Below, one piece after another: positions 56,948-64,000 of a stretch of 64,000 bases of DNA (positions are counted from its first letter, which is position 1; each line of letters opens with the position of its first letter). The stretch lies in the NCBI GenBank assembly GCA_964488055.1, contig CAZATL010000003.1, positions 245 to 64,244 of the forward strand, written 5' to 3'. This DNA is from an uncultured Gammaproteobacteria bacterium (lineage in GTDB: Bacteria > Patescibacteriota > Microgenomatia > UBA1406 > GWC2-37-13). The position numbers and the translations under genes were made by a program. The notes beneath the pieces were generated by a model that saw only the letters and a program-made list of their open reading frames with translations, ran no database searches and had not been told where the DNA came from.

Positions 56948-57025
56948 GGGCGGACACATTGGTCCGCCCCTACATATTTAATAGTTTTGCCTTACGAACA
57001 TTACAAACCTTATGAACTTTATAAA
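56948..57025 (+). repeat. Second copy of the composite element: GC hairpin plus four tandem 9-mers CNTTAYRAA
   Basis: The hairpin is gggcggac / acattg / gtccgccc (56948-56969). A 20-nt AT-rich spacer contains tttaat. The 9-mers are ccttacgaa cattacaaa ccttatgaa ctttataaa (56990-57025). The order and strand match 35144-35235. Confidence 0.85.
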
Positions 57026-57547
57026 CTAATTACTATTTTGCTCAAATACCTTCATCACATGATCTTGCAAAAAGTCTGCAGACTGCAGCTCCAAAAACTC
57101 GCTCTGTGTCACCCATTTGTACTCTGTGTGCTCCGTCCCTGTGCGCACTGCATCATTTGTGGCATGTGCCACATATCCAATATATAGATAGTATATATTG
57201 TTAGCTTGATCAAGATTGGTTAGTACATGAACAGGTCTCATATTCTCAACCTCGAGCTCCGACTCCTCGACTATCTCGCGTCGCAATGCGACGTCATGTC
57301 TCTCTCCGTATTTTACATTCCCGCCAGGCAAGTCCCAACAGTTTGGCCTGCTTTTGGCATCGGCTGGCCTTTTGAGCGCGAGAAACACATTTTTTTTCTT
57401 TGGGTGGAAAACTACTGCTTTCTGGAGGAACTTGACATTTTCGGTGAAGAGGTGTTTCGGGATGGTCTTTCTGACGATATCCATATAAGTAAAATGAAAC
57501 TCGTAACAGATGCAACTCTCATACATTATATACCTGTCGATAAGCAA
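57026..57547 (-). CDS. NUDIX hydrolase
   Basis: The NUDIX box is GGNVKYGERHDVALRREIVEESEL. The start is ambiguous: TTG 57547, ATG 57526 or ATG 57484. Confidence 0.8.
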   Translation of the reverse strand: MLIDRYIMYESCICYEFHFTYMDIVRKTIPKHLFTENVKFLQKAVVFHPKKKNVFLALKRPADAKSRPNCWDLPGGNVKYGERHDVALRREIVEESELEVENMRPVHVLTNLDQANNIYYLYIGYVAHATNDAVRTGTEHTEYKWVTQSEFLELQSADFLQDHVMKVFEQNSN

Positions 57548-57576
57548 AAGCAGCGCCTTAAAATAACCTCATGACA

Positions 57577-58245
57577 CTATGTTTTTACCCTTCCCCACCC
57601 AGTGCGAGAGACGATGATATGATCAAGCAGTGTCACCCCAAGTATCTCGCCCGCCTTCTTCATACGCTTTGTGAAGAGTATATCGTCCATTGATGGCTCG
57701 AGGTTCCCTGATGGGTGATTGTGGACGAGTATAATCGATGCTACAGGCAGGCTTCTCACATGACTATATATTTCCCTTGGCAAGACACTTACCTTGTTGA
57801 GCGCGCCGACAGCCATTATCTCCTTCAAGAGCAACTCTCCCCTTGCATTTAGAAAAAAACAAAGCAGTGACTCTTTATTACTGTTTATTATCTCTTGAGA
57901 ATTTGCGTAGACAATCTCCGGTGAAGTTAGTGGTACATTATTCTTTTCGAGAAGCCTAGCTCCAAACTCTTGAGCAGCTAACATCTGTGATATCTTATGT
58001 GGACCCATACCAGTGACATCAAGGTCATTCTTAGTTATCCTATAACTATCTCCGTCGAAATTTTTGTTCCTTTTTTGTTTTATCACTTTTTCTATTTGTG
58101 ATGCAAGCTTCATGACAGACTGGGTACGAGTGCCAGTTGTCAAGATGACAGCTATGAGCTCATGTAGCGTGAGTCCTTCTACGCCGGATTTCAGAAGCCT
58201 TTCTCTTGGTCGAAGTTCACGAGGAATTGACTTTATTTTCTTCAT
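57577..58245 (-). CDS. radC: RadC-family JAB/MPN domain protein
   Basis: The N-terminal HhH-like region reads RERLLKSGVEGLTLHELIAVIL. The JAMM-like motif is ILVHNHPSGNLEPSMDD. Confidence 0.85.
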   Translation of the reverse strand: MKKIKSIPRELRPRERLLKSGVEGLTLHELIAVILTTGTRTQSVMKLASQIEKVIKQKRNKNFDGDSYRITKNDLDVTGMGPHKISQMLAAQEFGARLLEKNNVPLTSPEIVYANSQEIINSNKESLLCFFLNARGELLLKEIMAVGALNKVSVLPREIYSHVRSLPVASIILVHNHPSGNLEPSMDDILFTKRMKKAGEILGVTLLDHIIVSRTGWGRVKT

Positions 58246-58276
58246 TTCAGGGATATTATAGAAGAAAATGTTCGAT

Positions 58277-58633
58277 CTACAAACAGCTCCAGATTTTGTT
58301 TGACGTTTCTTTTGGTGTTAGCTTTGAGATGTTGAGAACAAGGTCATTTTTCGTGAGTAGCTTCATGTAAGCGGACTCATCTGCTGTAAGCAGTACTATA
58401 CTCACCTTATCAAACCTCTCTATACGTTTTTGGAGTCGCAAAAATGACTTCACAAGTGCAGGCTCAATATCGTCAGTATGCATCACAAGAAGTGAGAATT
58501 TTGTGATAGACTCAACTAGGATGGCATTCTCAACTTTTGAAACAGGGAATATTTCGATATTTTCGGTCATAAGCATATCGTGATATAATTGTCGAAGTCG
58601 GAAATCTGGGATAAGTAGAAGTATATTATCCAT
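58277..58633 (-). CDS. Stand-alone receiver (REC)-like domain protein, possibly degenerate
   Basis: The 118-aa product has a beta-alpha pattern: ILLLIPD, LLVMHTDD, IVLLTADES, and a later Lys (NISKLTP). The acidic pocket is only partly conserved. Confidence 0.35.
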   Translation of the reverse strand: MDNILLLIPDFRLRQLYHDMLMTENIEIFPVSKVENAILVESITKFSLLVMHTDDIEPALVKSFLRLQKRIERFDKVSIVLLTADESAYMKLLTKNDLVLNISKLTPKETSNKIWSCL

Positions 58634-58695
58634 TTTAAGTATACAAAATTCTATCCTAGATAGAGTATGTTTGTCAACTGTATTTGTTCTTATCT

Positions 58696-58971
58696 ATGGA
58701 AAAACTAGGCAGAAAGATAAAAATCGCCCGAAAAACCAAACGCATTACCCAAAATGACCTCGCGCGTGCAATTGGTGTAAGTGATAAGTCAGTGTCAGCT
58801 TACGAATCTGGTCGTATCGAGCCACCACTCAAGATGCTACAAAAGATTGCCCAAAGTACAGACCATTCACTCGAGTATTTCGTTGGAGAATCAATGGAGT
58901 CACAAATACTCGCCAAACTCACAGAGGTGGAAAGGCTCTTCAACGAAATCAAATCCGCCCTAAATAAGTGA
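58696..58971 (+). CDS. XRE-family helix-turn-helix transcriptional regulator
   Basis: It carries ITQNDLARAIGVSDKSVSAYESGRIEPPLKMLQKIAQ. Confidence 0.8.
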   Translation: MEKLGRKIKIARKTKRITQNDLARAIGVSDKSVSAYESGRIEPPLKMLQKIAQSTDHSLEYFVGESMESQILAKLTEVERLFNEIKSALNK

Positions 58972-58981
58972 TTCTTGTACA

Positions 58982-59713
58982 ATGATCTATATGTACGAAG
59001 TCATATCAAGCAAGCTGATTGTTGTTTTGACAATATTTGTCATAAACATAAACTTCATCACATCATCTGCTCATAGACAGCTTGTGGATCTTGGCTATCT
59101 CCAAACAAAAAACGTAATAAAAGAAAAAAACGGTTTTGCCAAAACAGCTCCTTCCGTCGACTCTAAGTCTACTAACTCACAAGAAGAGCCCGAAAAAAAT
59201 AGTGATGTGATACACGAAGATTCATCAAGCTCCGAGTATGAATATGAGCAACCAAAGCCTAGTATCCCATGGGGCCAGACCGAGAAGCTTGCAGAACACA
59301 CATACCGTATATATGTGGGTGAGGATGAGATCATGAGCAGTGTCGAAGAGCTACACGCTGCACTCAACAAATACAGAGCAAATCACGGAGTACAAGAGCT
59401 CGTCGTAAGTGATCAGCTTTGCAAAATAGCAGATTTTCGCATCGCCCAGCTTGATGCTATAGATGGACTCGATGCACACAAAGGTTTCAAAGATTATCTA
59501 TCAGATGATAAAAATTGGGAAAATATTCCAAGATTCTCATCTGTCGGCGAAAATAGTTCATATGGTTACATACTATCAGGAACACATCTCATAGAGTGGG
59601 TATTTGACGCCGACGAAGAGCATAGGAGTAATCAACAAAATCCCAAGTGGAATAGAGTCTGCGTTCGTATCAGTGGCACAATCGTAGAAATGGTTTTTGG
59701 GGAGGAAAAGTAA
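58982..59713 (+). CDS. CAP/SCP-domain secreted protein
   Basis: It has an N-terminal anchor or signal. The CAP-like blocks are LHAALNKYRANHGVQELVVSDQLCKIADFR...GENSSYG...HLIEWVFDADEEHRSNQQNPKW. Confidence 0.6.
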   Translation: MIYMYEVISSKLIVVLTIFVININFITSSAHRQLVDLGYLQTKNVIKEKNGFAKTAPSVDSKSTNSQEEPEKNSDVIHEDSSSSEYEYEQPKPSIPWGQTEKLAEHTYRIYVGEDEIMSSVEELHAALNKYRANHGVQELVVSDQLCKIADFRIAQLDAIDGLDAHKGFKDYLSDDKNWENIPRFSSVGENSSYGYILSGTHLIEWVFDADEEHRSNQQNPKWNRVCVRISGTIVEMVFGEEK

Positions 59714-59724
59714 CCTTCTCCATT

Positions 59725-60339
59725 TTAGATGGGCATCTTATTATCATCACTTACGTAATTTGGATGCATCTGAATTAGGCGACAATCCAAGTCTACAGCA
59801 ATATCTATGCTTCCCACACATAATGGCATATGTATTGGCGTAAGTTTTAGTCGATTATAGACAGTATTTACACCAGAAATCATTGTGACACCGGAACTGG
59901 TATATACCCCTCCTTTTATATCTTCCGGTGATATGCCACATTTCCCCATAATATATTGAGCTAGCGAATCATATGATTCTGCTATATTTTTTGTGATATG
60001 AAAAAGATAAGGAGATTCTTCTGTCCAGAAGAAGCCCAAAGTGCATCCAGCTGCAAATCTCGATAATACTGGGCCACGATTTGGCCTAGCCACATATCTT
60101 CTCCTGCTTGAGATATCACTAGGTATGGGTGATGATATTTTAGATGGATCAGTCAATTTCTCAATTTCAGGGAAATATATCTCATGCCTATAACTATACG
60201 TCCTACCGCACTCCCTTATATCCTTTATCCTATTTCCCCATACTACTCGGTCATTTATCAATCTAAGATCACAGCCATATATATGGTCACACACCTCGCC
60301 CGCTGGAGTAAATAATCTATCTTTGTATACCTCTGCCAT
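59725..60339 (-). CDS. Hypothetical protein (orphan, Cys/His-rich, no motif recognised)
   Basis: It is a clean 204-aa ORF flanked by non-coding DNA on both sides. I could make no family assignment. Confidence 0.45.
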   Translation of the reverse strand: MAEVYKDRLFTPAGEVCDHIYGCDLRLINDRVVWGNRIKDIRECGRTYSYRHEIYFPEIEKLTDPSKISSPIPSDISSRRRYVARPNRGPVLSRFAAGCTLGFFWTEESPYLFHITKNIAESYDSLAQYIMGKCGISPEDIKGGVYTSSGVTMISGVNTVYNRLKLTPIHMPLCVGSIDIAVDLDCRLIQMHPNYVSDDNKMPI

Positions 60340-60484
60340 AGGTATATTGTACAGAAGAATGAGATATTTATATATGCAAGATCATAGACTGCACATTCTA
60401 TTATCTAAACAATCGTGCATTTCGATTTTGCAAACATACATTATCACATCTAGATAATTGTCTATTTGAGAATACAAAATAAAT

Positions 60485-60916
60485 TTATCTGAAAAGCGAG
60501 AATTTTTTAGTAAATTCTTTTAGGATTGCAGTGTCACCGAATAAACAAATTCCATAGTAATCAAGCTCATTTTCTGTTGATTCTTTCGTCCTTTGTACTT
60601 GCTCAGCAGACGTACCCACAGTCATGGTACTTGTGAAATCAGAAAAAATAATACCACGTTTTATCGCTTCATTTCGGACAGTTCGTATCTGATTTGAATT
60701 GTCAGCCTGAAGCACGATGAAGCCGAAGTGAGAAATATTGGGATGCACTCCCCCATCTTTATCTTGGTATCTCAAGAAACGCATATCAGTATCTCCTTTT
60801 CCTCCCACAAGCCCAGCTGTCATGTGCCCAAGTGCATTCATGAGCTTTGGCACCTCTATCTTTTTATTTAGGATTGCAATAAATCTTTTTGAGTATTCAT
60901 CAGGTAAATTTTGCAT
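60485..60916 (-). CDS. DUF2000-like small protein
   Basis: It carries FIAILNKKIEVPKLMNALGHMTAGLVG and YYGICLFG, which resemble the DUF2000 family. Confidence in the assignment is low. Confidence 0.4.
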   Translation of the reverse strand: MQNLPDEYSKRFIAILNKKIEVPKLMNALGHMTAGLVGGKGDTDMRFLRYQDKDGGVHPNISHFGFIVLQADNSNQIRTVRNEAIKRGIIFSDFTSTMTVGTSAEQVQRTKESTENELDYYGICLFGDTAILKEFTKKFSLFR

Positions 60917-60930
60917 ATTGGAAATAAAAA

Positions 60931-61401
60931 TTATTTGATTATCCTTTCATATGCACTTCCATAATTCTTGAATCCACTTTTTTCATAAAATTTATGTGCG
61001 CGCTCGAGCACACTACTTGACTCAAGTCGGACTACTTTTAGCCCCTCATCCTTTGCCCAACCTAATACCGCTTCCACAAGCAAACTCGCAGCGCCCTTTC
61101 CTTGATATGCTGGACCTACATACATCTCCTCTATCTCACCCACATACATACCTTTTCTGATTTGGGGAATTTTGTATATTGTCACAATCCCTACGAACTT
61201 ATCATTATTCTTAGCAAGAAAAATAGCTCCAGTCTTCGATAAAACCACATCATAAAAAAGATCACTGCCATGCTGTCTGGCGGTTTGTGAGACTGTCTTT
61301 GATAGTGGATCGACTATCTTTGTGACTTCAGTCCTAAATTCATCCATTAGTTCCAGAACTATATCTTTGTGGGATTTGTCAGCTCGAATTATTTCAATCA
61401 T
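60931..61401 (-). CDS. GNAT-family N-acetyltransferase
   Basis: The acetyl-CoA binding block is VGPAYQGKGAASLLVEAVLGWAKDEG. The C-terminal block is AHKFYEKSGF. Confidence 0.8.
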   Translation of the reverse strand: MIEIIRADKSHKDIVLELMDEFRTEVTKIVDPLSKTVSQTARQHGSDLFYDVVLSKTGAIFLAKNNDKFVGIVTIYKIPQIRKGMYVGEIEEMYVGPAYQGKGAASLLVEAVLGWAKDEGLKVVRLESSSVLERAHKFYEKSGFKNYGSAYERIIK

Positions 61402-61468
61402 AATATATAAACAACTGTGATTATACTAAGTTTGAACCTGAAGTAACTACGATGTACAATGGAATTCT

Positions 61469-62269
61469 ATGAATATATTGAATCATAACGATCTTCTAAA
61501 CCTGTCTGGAAAAGTAGCGATTGTGACTGGCGGATCTCTTGGCATTGGCTTTGGTATAAGTTATAGACTGGCAGAGGCAGGTGCCACAGTAGTTATAGCC
61601 GCCAGGCGCCTTGATGAAACCGAAAAGACGGTATCAGAACTCGTTGCAAAAGGATGGAAAGCCATGGCAGTTGCTACAGATGTAGCAAAAGAAGATGACG
61701 TGAAAGCACTCATTGAGAAAACGGTCTCAACATATGGCAAAGTAGATATTCTCGTAAATAATGCTGGTATATTCCCATTTGCTACTCTAGATCAGCTGAC
61801 ATCTGAACTTTTTGATAAAGTAATCGCCACAAATCTACGCGGTGTTTTCCTCACGACAAAGTATGTGTCTGAACAAATGAAAAAGCAAGGCACAGGTGGT
61901 AAGATCACAAATATTACGTCCATTGACGCAATTCACCCGTCTCTTGCCGGTCTGCCCCACTACGACGCTTCAAAGCACGGCGTCTGGGGATTCACAAAAA
62001 ACGTTGCGCTTGAGCTTGCGAAATACAATATCCAAGTAAATGCAGTCGCGCCAGGTGGCATCTACACGCCAGGCGTTGTATCAATGCAGACACAGGGCAA
62101 ACAAAACTCTACAGAAAGATTCCCAGACGCTCCCAAGATGGAAGTGCCAATGGGTAGACAAGGAGTACCAGATGATATTGGTAAGGTGGTGCTATTTATG
62201 GTGTCTGACATGGCCGGATACATGACCGGCACACAGGTAGTCGTGGATGGAGGATATTTGCTGAAGTAA
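61469..62269 (+). CDS. Short-chain dehydrogenase/reductase (FabG-like)
   Basis: It carries TGGSLGIGFGI, NNAG and YDASKHG (the catalytic Y-x3-K). TACAAT at 61455-61460 lies just upstream. Confidence 0.9.
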   Translation: MNILNHNDLLNLSGKVAIVTGGSLGIGFGISYRLAEAGATVVIAARRLDETEKTVSELVAKGWKAMAVATDVAKEDDVKALIEKTVSTYGKVDILVNNAGIFPFATLDQLTSELFDKVIATNLRGVFLTTKYVSEQMKKQGTGGKITNITSIDAIHPSLAGLPHYDASKHGVWGFTKNVALELAKYNIQVNAVAPGGIYTPGVVSMQTQGKQNSTERFPDAPKMEVPMGRQGVPDDIGKVVLFMVSDMAGYMTGTQVVVDGGYLLK

Positions 62270-62336
62270 ACATCTGCTTACTTGTCCATTAGTACACGTG
62301 GGTGAACATGGTTGTTTGGGGTATAATCCCAGAACT

Positions 62337-62993
62337 ATGAGTGAAAAAACTAAGATCAAAGCCGTTGTCTTGGATCTTGACCAAACACTAACATCTGACA
62401 CAGGATCTTGGATAGAGCTAACGTCGCTACTTGGCGTAGATCCAAATCTGCATAAGAAAATCTACAATGATTTTAAGATTGGGAGTCTCAACTACGAGGA
62501 TGCTAAACGTAAACTTATAGATCTTTGGAAGACTTCTGGGAAGACTAAAAAGAATGATCTTCTGGCAATCTTTGACAAGATCGAACTTCGGGAAGGTGCA
62601 TTTGAAGCCATAGAGTATCTGAAGAGTAAATACCAGCTTTGTATTATTTCAGGCGCGATAGACATTTTCGTCGAAACAATCGCTAAAAAACTTGGGATTG
62701 AATCATTGTATGCGTCTACTAAATTTATATTTGATTATAAAGGAGAACTTGTAGATTTCGACTATCTGCTAGACAGAGGGCGTGAGAAGCTTACTTTTTT
62801 TAATGATTACTGTAATAAGCACAATATTAAGCCTGAAGAATGCGCGGCGATAGGTGATGGTGAGTCTGATATGCCGATATTTGAGCGTGTTGGTCTACCA
62901 ATATTATTCCTCGCAGCAGAAACCACAGATGAACAAAAAGCTAAAATCAAAACACAAATAAGCCAATGGAAAAAAATCAAGAATTTACTTTGA
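62337..62993 (+). CDS. HAD-superfamily hydrolase (HAD-IB / phosphoserine-phosphatase-like)
   Basis: Motif I is VVLDLDQTLT and motif IV is GDGESDMP. ATG 62337 lies 9 nt after TATAAT (62322-62327). Confidence 0.75.
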   Translation: MSEKTKIKAVVLDLDQTLTSDTGSWIELTSLLGVDPNLHKKIYNDFKIGSLNYEDAKRKLIDLWKTSGKTKKNDLLAIFDKIELREGAFEAIEYLKSKYQLCIISGAIDIFVETIAKKLGIESLYASTKFIFDYKGELVDFDYLLDRGREKLTFFNDYCNKHNIKPEECAAIGDGESDMPIFERVGLPILFLAAETTDEQKAKIKTQISQWKKIKNLL

Positions 62994-63023
62994 ACAATAA
63001 ACTTAAAGCATGGTAAGCAAAAT

Positions 63024-63183
63024 GCGTCATCTCGACTCCATGAATCAGCCATAGGCTGATGATTGGGTGGAGAGATCTGTTTTGAGTTTTTTTATGTAAT
63101 AAATATCATCACAAGAGATCTCTCCACCCTTGCGCCTTCGTCGAGTCAAACTCGACTCTAGGCTTAAGGAGTCGAGATGACGC
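63024..63183. repeat. 160-nt nested inverted-repeat element (candidate structured RNA or MITE-like element)
   Basis: The outer perfect 16-bp stem pairs gcgtcatctcgactcc (63024-63039) with ggagtcgagatgacgc (63168-63183). The inner perfect 14-bp stem pairs gggtggagagatct (63065-63078) with agatctctccaccc (63116-63129). Two 7-bp hairpins lie at 63044-63060 and 63140-63156. Confidence 0.8.
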
Positions 63184-63262
63184 GAGTATTTTGATCTCTA
63201 AGGGAAAAAAGACTTAGTTTTTTATGCTTATGTAATTAATACTTTTTAGAAGTAGTTACATC

Positions 63263-63724
63263 TCATTTCCTCATCGTAGCATTGAAGGCATCTACATCAA
63301 TAAGCAGGTCAAGTGCATCGTTTATGGATGGTACGATCATGTCTACATGACCCAAAATACCCGCGTGTATACCTTCTTTCTGAAGAGTCGCAATTCGCAC
63401 TTTTGCATTCTCAAAAGTTCCTATATCTATCCTAGCATTACCAATAGCTACCGTAGTACTAGGATTGTATTTTTTTGCTGCATTTGATTTCTCGATGGTG
63501 TCTTTTGTTATAACAACGTCTATATCCATGTCCCTTGCTTGCTCTGGAGCTGTGCCTCTCTGATCACCTGTGAAAAGCATTATCTTGTATCCGTACTCCT
63601 GAAGTTTTTTGATTCTTGGGATTACTCCATCGACTATTTTTCCCCCCACCGCAAGAGTGCCATTTAGATCAAGAATGATAGTATCTAGATTGATTTCTCC
63701 CACACCTACTGGATTGTATTTCAT
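63263..63724 (-). CDS. HAD-like hydrolase (soluble P-type-ATPase-like, COG4087-style)
   Basis: It carries IILDLNGTLAVGGK, LFTGDQRGTA and AIGNARIDI. Confidence 0.6.
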   Translation of the reverse strand: MKYNPVGVGEINLDTIILDLNGTLAVGGKIVDGVIPRIKKLQEYGYKIMLFTGDQRGTAPEQARDMDIDVVITKDTIEKSNAAKKYNPSTTVAIGNARIDIGTFENAKVRIATLQKEGIHAGILGHVDMIVPSINDALDLLIDVDAFNATMRK

Positions 63725-63819
63725 TATTTGGAATTCTTAAATTTTCTAACTGCCCCACTTTCATTCTTTCTAGAACTTTGTGTAATCATAATATTCACAG
63801 GTATCGTTTAGAAATAAGG

Positions 63820-64000
63820 CTATCTCACTCTATTGCACGAGTGAACTATGCCTCTACATGTTTTATAAAATTCATTTTTTATTCCCAAACACTCGCATGC
63901 TTCACCCGAATAAAGTGATCCACTGGGGTATGTGATCAGCTCGACTGTGTCGTATTTTTTAGGGTTAAAGATAAAAAAGAGTAATACAATAATCAAGATA
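63820..64000 (-). CDS. 3' end of a small Cys-rich membrane-anchored protein (start outside the window)
   Basis: The minus-strand frame is open from the window edge to the stop at 63820-63822. The product ends ...ILIIVLLFFIFNPKKYDTVELITYPSGSLYSGEACECLGIKNEFYKTCRGIVHSCNRVR. It is not in the supplied ORF track; I derived it by hand translation. Confidence 0.3.
   Translation of the reverse strand, partial: ILIIVLLFFIFNPKKYDTVELITYPSGSLYSGEACECLGIKNEFYKTCRGIVHSCNRVR

Noticed and set aside
56987-57187. A 66-aa plus-strand ORF beginning MPYEHYKPYELYKL
   Set aside because: Its N-terminus is simply the 9-mer tandem array read in frame from a TTG. The rest overlaps the NUDIX gene on the other strand. 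The equivalent array at 35200 is out of frame with the downstream prfB ATG, which argues that the repeats are non-coding.
1-64000. A CRISPR array or other spacer-containing repeat locus
   Set aside because: All repeat arrays seen have units of 3-14 nt directly abutting each other, with no unique spacers (11674, 25749, 28361, 28784, 29562, 35200, 52354, 55571, 56990). No cas-like gene is present.
1-64000. Mobile genetic elements, prophage, or tRNA/rRNA genes
   Set aside because: I recognised no transposase, integrase, recombinase, phage structural or plasmid replication motif in any ORF. No tRNA-like cloverleaf (GTTCGAATC-type T-arm) or rRNA-like stretch was noticed in the intergenic regions. 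This was a visual scan only, so small RNAs could have been missed.
1-64000. An alternative genetic code with UGA reassigned, as in some CPR lineages
   Set aside because: Well-conserved genes end at TGA where homolog length predicts (for example 8335-10017 and 9982-11715). In addition, an intact RF2 with an SPF motif is encoded. The standard code 11 fits.

Overview
The window is AT-rich and very gene-dense, with many 4-40 nt gene overlaps. Gene content and style suggest a small-genome Patescibacteria/CPR-like bacterium, but that is my inference and no search was run. TGA terminates ORFs and an intact RF2 gene is present, so I read it with the standard bacterial code.

(1) nt 1-28.7k is a cell-envelope glycosylation island. 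It holds a Wzx-like flippase fragment, a WecB/TagA-type GT26, four GT2 genes, one GT4, a NUDIX hydrolase, and fourteen consecutive large polytopic membrane proteins. Most of the fourteen look like lipid-carrier-dependent GT-C glycosyltransferases (ArnT/PMT-like, PIG-V-like, DUF2029/GT87-like, PTPS-related/YfhO-like). They also include a three-member paralog family I cannot place.

(2) nt 28.8-36.8k holds a CPBP protease, an orphan gene, rpoD (Lys-rich N-terminal tail), dnaG, a LytR_C-domain membrane protein, unframeshifted prfB and a small anchored protein.

(3) nt 36.8-43.3k holds ftsE-ftsX, then an overlapping operon of a coiled-coil/C39-like hydrolase, a 3x lamin-tail-domain surface protein, VanZ and a CAP-domain protein.

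(4) nt 43.4-54.6k holds a short RmlA-like nucleotidyltransferase, then rpoB-rpoC-rpsL-rpsG-fusA as one tight block. No tuf gene follows.

(5) nt 54.6-64k holds small accessory and housekeeping genes: a Tat-like mini-protein, metallophosphoesterase, nth, NUDIX, radC, a REC-like protein, an XRE regulator, a CAP protein, an orphan, a DUF2000-like protein, GNAT, SDR and two HAD proteins.

I recognised no rRNA, tRNA, CRISPR array, transposase or integrase.

Non-coding highlights:
- -10 boxes sit 6-10 nt from many start codons, suggesting leaderless mRNAs, and two divergent gene pairs have overlapping start codons.
- The rpsL-rpsG spacer carries interleaved perfect 11-bp and 10-bp pairings, a pseudoknot topology.
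- A composite element (GC hairpin plus four 9-mers) occurs twice.
- Short-period (7-14 nt) tandem word repeats fill intergenic spacers, and some lie inside GT2 coding sequence.
- A (GTA)6 tract lies in a promoter spacer.
- A roughly 160-nt nested inverted-repeat element sits between the two HAD genes.

All family names come from motif recognition by eye, not from database searches.
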